Shown: positions 38,367 through 49,101 of the stretch, one piece after another
How the letters are laid out: each line of letters starts with the position of its first letter
How positions within the stretch are numbered: position 1 is the stretch's first letter
Assembly (NCBI GenBank): GCA_020252645.1
Contig: JADCCN010000001.1
Location: 82,099-146,098 of the forward strand
Direction of reading: 5' to 3'
Source of the DNA: Methylobacterium sp.
GTDB taxonomy: Bacteria; Pseudomonadota; Alphaproteobacteria; Rhizobiales; Beijerinckiaceae
Length of the DNA stretch: 64,000 bases
Notes under the pieces: model-generated
What the model saw: the letters and a program-made list of their open reading frames with translations, nothing else
Told to the model about the DNA's origin: nothing
The model's database searches: none
Translations under genes and position numbers: made by a program

Positions 38367-38447
38367 CGTCATCGCGAGGAGCCTCGAAGAGGCGACGTGG
38401 CGATCCAATCGTGGATGGCCGGAACAGGTCCGGCCATGACGGCGAGG
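38367..38447. repeat. Degenerate third copy of the palindromic repeat (cgtcatcgcgaggag...ggcgatccaa / ...ggccatgacggcgagg)
   Basis: Recognisable but diverged boxes. It ends at the stop of the convergent 237-aa gene. Confidence 0.6.
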
Positions 38448-38448
38448 C

Positions 38449-39162
38449 TCAGGCAAGTTGGAGGTTCTGCGGTTCTTTGGGCTTCAGAATGCCAGCGTTG
38501 GACGGAATTTCGTCTGTTTGCACGAATCGGAAATCCTTCGCCCAGGCCTCGCCCTTTCCATTCAGGTAAAAGCCGAAATTGATTACTTCGGCTTTTTCCG
38601 GGACGAACAGAACAATCTTCCGGCGAGTCCAGTCCTGCGTTCCCCTGAGGCTACTATCAGCAATCGCGCGTTCGAGATTGTCGAAGGCCACCAAGATACC
38701 GTTGATGTCCTCGACACGCATCCAGATCGTCGCCGAACCGGCAATATTCGTGCATTTGAGTGTAGACGAAAATTCGACACGACCACCCCTGTAATTTTCT
38801 GCGGAGATAACTTGCTGCACTGCGCAAAAAGCATCGGCCCGCGCATCCATGTCCTTGTCACGGCTGCGGATAAACAAGCCTTTCTGATTAGCATCTTCCA
38901 GTGATGTCACTCCGACATCAAATGCCTCTGCCTGTTTTCCCGTGGCCGACCAGCCGGCTGGAAGCGGCTTTGCGAGCCGCGAGCCGGTTTTCGTCAACTC
39001 ATCACGCTCTGGTCCTGCAGCCGCCATCGTATTCCAGTCCCGGAAGCCGAACTGCTTCGCGACCACCTCAAGGCATTCCGAGTGGCCAAGGTCGATCTTC
39101 CGGTGTTGCAGTTCCTGCCGCAGCGTTTTCGCCATGGCCTTTGCGTCGAGAAACGAACGCAT
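38449..39162 (-). CDS. Hypothetical two-domain protein: conserved N-terminal approximately 50-aa helical module plus C-terminal beta-rich domain; visibly lower G+C
   Basis: 237-aa ORF. The N-terminus MRSFLDAKAMAKTLRQELQHRKIDLGHSECLEVVAKQFGFRDWNTMAA resembles a module I recall at the start of alphaproteobacterial proteins annotated as glyoxalase superfamily protein. The C-terminal domain is unassigned. Confidence 0.7.
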   Translation of the reverse strand: MRSFLDAKAMAKTLRQELQHRKIDLGHSECLEVVAKQFGFRDWNTMAAAGPERDELTKTGSRLAKPLPAGWSATGKQAEAFDVGVTSLEDANQKGLFIRSRDKDMDARADAFCAVQQVISAENYRGGRVEFSSTLKCTNIAGSATIWMRVEDINGILVAFDNLERAIADSSLRGTQDWTRRKIVLFVPEKAEVINFGFYLNGKGEAWAKDFRFVQTDEIPSNAGILKPKEPQNLQLA

Positions 39163-39387
39163 GTGATCCTCCGATCATAAACCGCGAATGGGAAACGATC
39201 AGGGCCCGCCTTGCTGATCCATTCGCGGCATGACGGAAGGGATCGGATATCACCAGGGACGCGGATTCACCTTGCCTTTCGGCGCGGGCGGCAGGCTCAC
39301 GTCAGCCTCCCTTGAACTCGACCATTGGTGCGGTGCTTTGTCAATTCCTCTCGCAATCCGATGCCGGGCACCCCACGTAACCGGCTC

Positions 39388-40467
39388 ATGAACCGCAGAC
39401 GCTTCTTCAAATTCCTCGCCGGTGCTGCCGTAGTTGCGGGTGGCGTGACCGCCATCCTGCGCCCGGCGCGAGCCAACGCCTATTATTCCGGGCCGGTTTC
39501 CGACCATTTCGACGGGCAGAAATTCTTCCTGCCGGGCGGGGATGGCCCGCGCAGCTTCCGCGATTTCCTGCGCTGGCAATTCGGCGAGAAGGCTGCGGAA
39601 TGGCCCGCGAGTTTCCCGAGCCCGTTTTCGCCCGACAAGCCGCCCGCGAAAGTGGAGGGCAAGGCCTTGCGCGTGAGCTTCATCGGCCATGCGAGTTTCC
39701 TCATCCAGACCGGCGGGGTGAACATCCTGCTCGATCCGCAGTTTTCCGAACGCGCTTCGCCCGTCTCCTTCGCGGGGCCCAAACGGGTGAATCCGCCGGC
39801 CATCGCCTTCGACGATTTGCCGAAGATCGATGTCGTGCTGGTCAGCCACAACCATTACGACCATCTCGACACGGCCACCCTGCACGCCCTTTGGGATCGG
39901 GACCGTCCGCGCATCCTCACTCCGCTCGGCAATGATGCGATCATCCGCGAGGGGCGTGCGGATATCGGGGTGGAACCAAAGGATTGGGGCGATCGCGTGG
40001 AATTCGCAGCCAGCGTGGCCGTGACTTTCGAACCCGCGCAGCATTGGTCGGCGCGCGGCATGTTCGATCGCATGCACGCGCTCTGGGCCTCCTTCGTCAT
40101 CGAAACGGGCGCGGGCAAAATCTGGTTTGCGGGCGATACGGGCTTTGGCGGCGGGCGTGTTTTCCGCGCCATCCGCGAGAAGCACGGGCCGATGGCGCTC
40201 GGGCTTCTCCCCATCGGCGCCTATGGCCCGCGCTGGTTCATGCGCTACCAGCATGCCGACCCGGAAGATGCCCTCAAGATCGTCGATATTCTCGGCTGCC
40301 AGCAGGCCATCGGCTATCATTGGGGCACGTTCCAGCTCACCAACGAGCCGATCGAGGAGCCGGCAGAAGAACTCGCGCGCCAGCTTGCAGCGCAGGGCAG
40401 GCCGGCGGAAAGTTTCATCGCGGCGCGTCCGGGGCACGTGTTTGAAAGCGATGCACCCATCGGATGA
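39388..40467 (+). CDS. MBL-fold metallo-hydrolase (NAPE-PLD/Lactamase_B_2-like) with Tat-type signal
   Basis: It has the twin-arginine leader MNRRRFFKFLAGAAVVAGGVTAILRPARA and the motif VLVSHNHYDHLD. Confidence 0.85.
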   Translation: MNRRRFFKFLAGAAVVAGGVTAILRPARANAYYSGPVSDHFDGQKFFLPGGDGPRSFRDFLRWQFGEKAAEWPASFPSPFSPDKPPAKVEGKALRVSFIGHASFLIQTGGVNILLDPQFSERASPVSFAGPKRVNPPAIAFDDLPKIDVVLVSHNHYDHLDTATLHALWDRDRPRILTPLGNDAIIREGRADIGVEPKDWGDRVEFAASVAVTFEPAQHWSARGMFDRMHALWASFVIETGAGKIWFAGDTGFGGGRVFRAIREKHGPMALGLLPIGAYGPRWFMRYQHADPEDALKIVDILGCQQAIGYHWGTFQLTNEPIEEPAEELARQLAAQGRPAESFIAARPGHVFESDAPIG

Positions 40468-40514
40468 TGGATTTTCCGCAAGCACTTTGCGCTGAAAGCA
40501 TCTTGCGCCGATTT

Positions 40515-40550
40515 TGAAAATCACATAAACATATCTTTATGTCGTTTTCA
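40515..40550. promoter_or_regulatory. 36-bp near-perfect palindrome (tgaaaa-tc-acataaa-catatc-tttatgt-cg-ttttca), candidate operator of the downstream ArsR/SahR-like regulator
   Basis: Read directly. It is A/T-rich in a G+C-rich genome and lies 18 nt upstream of the regulator start. Confidence 0.55.
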
Positions 40551-40567
40551 GCGAGCATATTTCGGCG

Positions 40568-41602
40568 ATGATCCGCGCCGCCCATCCGGGCCACCAGCCG
40601 CTCGATGTCCTGCTTGCTGCCCTCGAGGCGGCGGGTGAGGCGACGCGCCTGCGCATTCTCGCGCTGCTGGCGGAAGCGGAACTCACCGTCACCGAACTCA
40701 TGACCATCCTCGGCCAGTCCCAGCCGCGCGTCTCGCGTCACCTGAAACTGCTGGTGGAAGCCGGGTTGATCGATCGCCATCGCGAGGGCGCCTGGGCTTT
40801 CTTCCGGCTGGCCGAGCGTGGCGTGGCGAATGTCATCCGCGAGGGGGTGATTGCGGCGCTCGACCCCGCCGATCCCGGCCTCGCGGCCGACCGGCGCCGC
40901 CTGGAGGCGGTGCGGGTGGAAAGAAAGGAACAGGCTGCGGCCTATTTTGCCCGCCACGCCGCGGATTGGGATCGCATCCGCGCCCTGCATGTGCCGGAAT
41001 CGGCGGTCGAGAAGGCCATGCTCGATGCCCTCGGCGAGCGCGAATACGAGGCGATCCTCGATCTCGGCACCGGCACGGGGCAGATGCTGAAGCTCTTCGG
41101 GCCCCGCGCGAGCCGCGCCGTGGGCCTGGATGTCAGCCCGGCCATGCTCGCGGTGGCGCGCGCGAACCTCGATGAGGCCGGCCTGCGCCATGTGCAGCTC
41201 AGGCAGGGGGATCTTTATGCGCTTCCGGCGGATCTCGCGCGGTTCGATCTCGTGATCCTGCATCAGGTGCTGCATTTCATGGATGATCCGGCCCGCGCCG
41301 TGCGCGAGGCCGCGCGCGTGCTGAAGCCCGGCGGGCGGATCGTCATCGTCGATTTCGCGCCTCACCACGAAGAGAGCCTGCGCGTGGAACATGCGCATCG
41401 CCGCCTTGGCTTCTCGGCCGAGGAGATCGGCGCGTTCTTCGCCGAGAACGGCCTCAACCTGCGGCTTTCGCGCGATATCCGCCCCGAAGCCACGGGCGCA
41501 CTCACCGTTTCCCTCTGGATTGCCGAGGACAGCGCCCGCGAGGGCGATTTCCCGCTGCCGGGCGATCCGCTCTCCCGTTCGATCATCACCAAGGTTGCCT
41601 GA
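40568..41602 (+). CDS. ArsR-type wHTH fused to a SAM-methyltransferase-like domain (SahR-like regulator of methionine/SAM-cycle genes)
   Basis: The HTH is ATRLRILALLAEAELTVTELMTILGQSQPRVSRHLKLLVEAGLI. The methyltransferase fold motif I is ILDLGTGTGQM. It is immediately followed by metF and metH. Confidence 0.85.
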   Translation: MIRAAHPGHQPLDVLLAALEAAGEATRLRILALLAEAELTVTELMTILGQSQPRVSRHLKLLVEAGLIDRHREGAWAFFRLAERGVANVIREGVIAALDPADPGLAADRRRLEAVRVERKEQAAAYFARHAADWDRIRALHVPESAVEKAMLDALGEREYEAILDLGTGTGQMLKLFGPRASRAVGLDVSPAMLAVARANLDEAGLRHVQLRQGDLYALPADLARFDLVILHQVLHFMDDPARAVREAARVLKPGGRIVIVDFAPHHEESLRVEHAHRRLGFSAEEIGAFFAENGLNLRLSRDIRPEATGALTVSLWIAEDSAREGDFPLPGDPLSRSIITKVA

Positions 41603-41603
41603 G

Positions 41604-42512
41604 ATGAATCCTGCCCCCGCCCGTTCGAGCCGCCAGACCGAGGCGCCGAAGCCTGGCATTTCCTTCGAGTTTTTCCCGCCCAAGAACGATGCCATGGCCG
41701 AAACGCTCTGGGCTTCCGTGCAGCGCCTCGCGCCGCTTTCGCCCGATTTCGTCTCCGTGACCTATGGCGCGGGTGGTTCCACGCGCGAGCGCACGCATTC
41801 GACCGTGAAGCGCATTCTCGACGAAACCGGCCTGAAGCCGGCTTCGCACCTCACCTGCGTGGCCGCGACGAAGGACGAGACCGACGAGATCCTCCGCCAG
41901 TATTGGGCCATGGGCGTGCGCCATATCGTGGCCCTGCGCGGTGATCCCGTCACCGGCATCGGCACCAGGTTCGAGGCGCATCCGCAAGGCTATCAGGGCT
42001 CGCCGGAACTGGTCGCGGGCATCAAGGCGATCGGCGATTTCCATGTGGCGGTTTCGGCCTATCCGGAGAAGCATCCGGAGAGCCCCAGCCTCGATTTCGA
42101 GATCGACCTTTTGAAGCGGAAGGTCGATGCCGGGGCGGATCGCGCCATCACGCAGTTCTTCTTCGATAACGCGCATTACTATCGCTACGTGGAGCGCGTG
42201 CGGAAGGCGGGAATCAAGATTCCCGTCGTGCCGGGCATCCTGCCGGTGCAGAACTTCAGGCAATCCGCGAGCTTCGCGACGAAATGCGGCACGGATGTGC
42301 CGGCCTGGCTCGCCAAGCGCTTCGACGGGCTGGAGGATGATCCGGATACGCGCCGCATGGTCGCGGCGGCGGTCGCCGTGGAGCAGGTCTATGATCTGCT
42401 CGATAACGGCGTGACCGATTTCCACTTCTACACGATGAACAAGGCGGATCTCGTCTTCGCCATCTGCCACATGCTGGGGCTGAGGGCCGAGCCCGTGGCC
42501 GCGGCAGCGTAA
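41604..42512 (+). CDS. metF: 5,10-methylenetetrahydrofolate reductase
   Basis: [46 protein letters not shown] is the canonical MetF N-terminus. The start was set at ATG 41604. Confidence 0.95.
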   Translation: MNPAPARSSRQTEAPKPGISFEFFPPKNDAMAETLWASVQRLAPLSPDFVSVTYGAGGSTRERTHSTVKRILDETGLKPASHLTCVAATKDETDEILRQYWAMGVRHIVALRGDPVTGIGTRFEAHPQGYQGSPELVAGIKAIGDFHVAVSAYPEKHPESPSLDFEIDLLKRKVDAGADRAITQFFFDNAHYYRYVERVRKAGIKIPVVPGILPVQNFRQSASFATKCGTDVPAWLAKRFDGLEDDPDTRRMVAAAVAVEQVYDLLDNGVTDFHFYTMNKADLVFAICHMLGLRAEPVAAAA

Positions 42513-42535
42513 TCTTTCACGAAGGTTGTTGTCTG

Positions 42536-46273
<3,738 letters not shown>

Positions 46274-46279
46274 ACCGCC

Positions 46280-47281
46280 TCACCGCACCAGGAAGCCGTG
46301 GCGCAGGGGATCGTCGGGATCGATCATCCAATGCGCGAGGCCGGCAAGATGCGCCGTGCCGGAGACCTCCGGGATCACACCCTCATGCGGGCCGCAACGG
46401 GCCTTCGCGATCGCCTTGCCGCGCATGACAGAGCCGATGATCGATTCGTTGATGATCTCGGCTCCGAATGCCAGTTCGCCGCGTGCCACGAGTTGCGCCA
46501 CCCGCCCCGCCGTGCCCGAACCGGTCGGCGAGCGATCGACCTCCCGATCCGCGAAGATGCAGCAATTGGCCTGGGTCGAGCCGGCATGGCGCGGGGGCCC
46601 GTCGATGATCGTGCCGTAGATATGGTTGATCTCGGGGATATCCGGGTGCTGCACGGGAAAGGCGCGGTTCGCCGCCGCCTTCACCTCCGCGCCGAAGCGG
46701 ATGAGCCGCTCGACCTCATGCTCGCGGATCGCAAGGCCATGCGGCACGCCGTTCGCATAGAAATAAAACGCGCCGCCGAAGGCGATGTCGCCTGTCACGC
46801 GGCCGAAGCTCGGGGTTTCGACCGTCACATCCCGAAGAAGCAGGAAACTCGGCACGTTGAGGAAGCGCACGCCGGTGACGCGGCTCCCATTCCACCCTAC
46901 GAAGGCCTCGATGAAGCCGCAAGGCGCGTCGATCCCCAGCCGCGTTTCCGGCGCTTTCGGCGCCACCCAGCCGAGCTGCACGGCAGCCGTGGCGAGCGCG
47001 ATGACGCCATGGCCGCAATGGTCGGAATAACCCTCGTTATGGATGAACATCACCCCGAAATCCGCCCCCTCGCTCACGGGGTCGGTGAGGATGCCGCCAT
47101 ACATGTCGGCATGCCCGCGCGGCTCGAACAGGATGGCCCGCCGGAGGTGATCGGCATTGGCCCTGAGCCAGGCGCGGCGATCGACGATGCGGGCGCCCGG
47201 CGCGCGGGGGAAGCCGCTGGTGACGATGCGGAAGGGCTCGCCGCCGGTATGCATTTCCACCGTGGAGATGATCTGCTGCAT
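46280..47281 (-). CDS. Proline racemase-family enzyme with Cys/Thr catalytic pair (trans-3-hydroxy-L-proline dehydratase-type)
   Basis: MQQIISTVEMHTGGEPFRIV.... The first catalytic position is ...GYSDHCGHG (Cys). The second is ...EVDRSPTGSGT (Thr where racemases/epimerases have Cys). The start was set at the ATG at 47281. Confidence 0.85.
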   Translation of the reverse strand: MQQIISTVEMHTGGEPFRIVTSGFPRAPGARIVDRRAWLRANADHLRRAILFEPRGHADMYGGILTDPVSEGADFGVMFIHNEGYSDHCGHGVIALATAAVQLGWVAPKAPETRLGIDAPCGFIEAFVGWNGSRVTGVRFLNVPSFLLLRDVTVETPSFGRVTGDIAFGGAFYFYANGVPHGLAIREHEVERLIRFGAEVKAAANRAFPVQHPDIPEINHIYGTIIDGPPRHAGSTQANCCIFADREVDRSPTGSGTAGRVAQLVARGELAFGAEIINESIIGSVMRGKAIAKARCGPHEGVIPEVSGTAHLAGLAHWMIDPDDPLRHGFLVR

Positions 47282-47288
47282 CGTTTCC

Positions 47289-48134
47289 TCATGCCATGCC
47301 GGCCAGCGCGCGCAGGCGCTGGAGTGTCTCGCCATCGGCCGCGCCATCCACGCATCCCGGTCGCCAATGGCGCTGGAAGGCGGCGACCACCGCCTCCATG
47401 CGCTCATCGAAGACGCCGGTGATCTCGAGGCCGTAGCCGAAATTCGCGAAGAGCGATTGCAGGGCCGCGACCGGCATTCCCTCATCGCCGCGGCGATAGG
47501 CGGCGCCGCCCGGTGCCGGCGAGGAGGGCGCCCACAGCCCCAGACCCGCCGCTGCCAGCTTCTCCCACGGGAAATTCTCGCCCGGATCGATCTTCCGCCC
47601 CGGCGCGATATCCGAATGCGCGAGGATGCGGCTGTCGGGAATCGCCCAGCGCGCCTTGATATCGCCGACGAGGCGGATGACGGCCTCGATCTGCCTTTCC
47701 GGGAAGGGCGGTCCCGGGGGCGGGTAAGGGTTGGGCTTCACGCCTTCGGGCAGGGGCAGCGGATGGCCGCTCGGGCCAAATCCTCTTCCCAGCTCATGCC
47801 CCGGATGCGCGATCTCGATGCCGATCGAGGCCGAATTCATATCCGTTTCGTCGCGCCACGAACCACGACCCGCGTGCCAGGCGCGGCGGCTCTCCGGCAC
47901 GAGCTGGAAGATGCGGCCATCCTCGAAGACGAAATAATGCGCCGAGACCTCAGCGATCGGGTTGCACAGCCAGAGCAGGGCCGAACTCGCATCCGCCATG
48001 CCGGTATAATGCAGGATGATGCTGTCCGGCACGCGCGCCCCGCCGCTGCGCCCGCCCGCCCGCGCGCCATGGTTGGGCGAGGGGAAGAGGCGCGTCACAT
48101 GCGGGCTGTCGGGCTTGGGTTCGGGCTCGGTCAT
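47289..48134 (-). CDS. N-acetylmuramoyl-L-alanine amidase (AmpD/amidase_2-like) with C-terminal peptidoglycan-binding domain
   Basis: IILHYTGM...AHYFVFEDGRIFQLVPESRRAWHAG...SIGIEI is an amidase_2 signature. The C-terminal ...PVAALQSLFANFGYGLEITGVFDERMEAVVAAFQRHW is PG_binding_1-like. Confidence 0.85.
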   Translation of the reverse strand: MTEPEPKPDSPHVTRLFPSPNHGARAGGRSGGARVPDSIILHYTGMADASSALLWLCNPIAEVSAHYFVFEDGRIFQLVPESRRAWHAGRGSWRDETDMNSASIGIEIAHPGHELGRGFGPSGHPLPLPEGVKPNPYPPPGPPFPERQIEAVIRLVGDIKARWAIPDSRILAHSDIAPGRKIDPGENFPWEKLAAAGLGLWAPSSPAPGGAAYRRGDEGMPVAALQSLFANFGYGLEITGVFDERMEAVVAAFQRHWRPGCVDGAADGETLQRLRALAGMA

Positions 48135-48200
48135 GGGCAGGCTCAAACGAAAATGGCGGGGTTGCCCCCGCCATCTTGCATTCCGCGCGGGCACTCGCGC

Positions 48201-48488
48201 TCAGTAACTGCGCCAGCGGGTGCAATAGGCCTCGCCGAAGCGATCGTAGCGCACGCGCACGCAACGGCTGCGCGGGCGGGTGGCATCCGCGATCACCGCG
48301 CCGCCGACGGCACCGATGGCCGCGCCCGCAAGCGCGCCGCTGCCCCGACCGGTTGCCAGACCGCCGACGAGGGCGCCGGCTCCCGCTCCGAGCAGCGCGC
48401 CCGAGGCCGCACGTTCCTCGCGCGGGGTGCAGGCTCCCATCAAGAGACCCAGAGCCGCCACGCCTGCAATCATTGTCAGTTTCTTCAT
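48201..48488 (-). CDS. Small glycine-zipper lipoprotein (17-kDa-antigen/YMGG-like)
   Basis: It has the lipobox in MKKLTMIAGVAALGLLMGAC and glycine zippers GALLGAGAGALVGGLATG...GAAIGAVGGAV. GGGAGG lies upstream of the ATG. Confidence 0.8.
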   Translation of the reverse strand: MKKLTMIAGVAALGLLMGACTPREERAASGALLGAGAGALVGGLATGRGSGALAGAAIGAVGGAVIADATRPRSRCVRVRYDRFGEAYCTRWRSY

Positions 48489-48571
48489 GAGAAAACCTCC
48501 CTTTGGGTAGAAACGGATTCCACTTCTTCGCACGGCTTCTTGCGCACCTCAAGCCCCCCGGCGCGGGTTGG

Positions 48572-48600
48572 TTGACCTCGATCATCCGCAGCCTTATCGA
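48572..48600 (+). promoter_or_regulatory. Sigma-70-like promoter for rnpB (TTGACC-N17-TATCGA)
   Basis: Read directly. The -10 hexamer ends about 6 nt before the predicted P1 5' strand of RNase P RNA. Confidence 0.5.
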
Positions 48601-48605
48601 TGCGG

Positions 48606-49038
48606 AGCCAGTCGGCCGGGCGGCCGCGATGTGACCCGCATCGGGCGGAAAAGTGGTCTTCCGGTTTTCCGACAGACCCGATGCGGAATACCATCGAGGA
48701 AAGTCCGGGCTCCACGGAGAAACGGTGGCGGCTAACGGCCGCCGGGGGCGACCCCAGGGAAAGTGCCACAGAGATCGAACCGCCGATCCGCCCTCGGGCG
48801 GAGGCAAGGGTGAAAAGGTGCGGTAAGAGCGCACCGCGGCGCCGGCAACGGGGCTGGCAGGGCAAACCCCACCGGGAGCAAGATCGAATAGGGATGACGC
48901 GCCCCAAAAGGGCAGGGCTCTCCGCCCCATGTCATCCGGGTTGATTGCTTGAGGCGCGGTGCAAACCGCGACCCAGAGGAATGGCCGCCACGCCGGGGCA
49001 ACCCGGCCCTACAGAACCCGGCTTACAGGCCGGCTGGT
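48606..49038 (+). ncRNA. rnpB: RNase P RNA, bacterial type A
   Basis: The universal core GAGGAAAGTCCGGGCTCC is at 48696-48713. It also has ...GGTGAAAAGGTGCGGTAAGAGCGCACCG..., ...GGCAAACCCCACCGGGAGCAAG... and the 3' ACAGAACCCGGCTTACAGGCCGGCTGG. P1 pairing is CCAGTCGGCC (48608-48617) with GGCCGGCTGG (49028-49037). The ends are accurate to about +/-10 nt. Confidence 0.93.
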
Positions 49039-49101
49039 GATTTTCTTGCCGCTTGACCATGCCCCTGCGCAGCAGCCAAATGGCGGCCCTGGGGAGATTC
49101 C

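Noticed and set aside
40468-42535. SAM-II or cobalamin riboswitch upstream of the regulator-metF-metH genes
   Set aside because: I could not recognise the conserved cores of either riboswitch class. The leader is short and dominated by a DNA-type palindrome more consistent with a protein operator. A cmsearch would be needed for certainty.
48600-48944. 114-aa plus-strand ORF and two minus-strand ORFs between the lipoprotein gene and the methyltransferase
   Set aside because: They lie entirely within the RNase P RNA gene.
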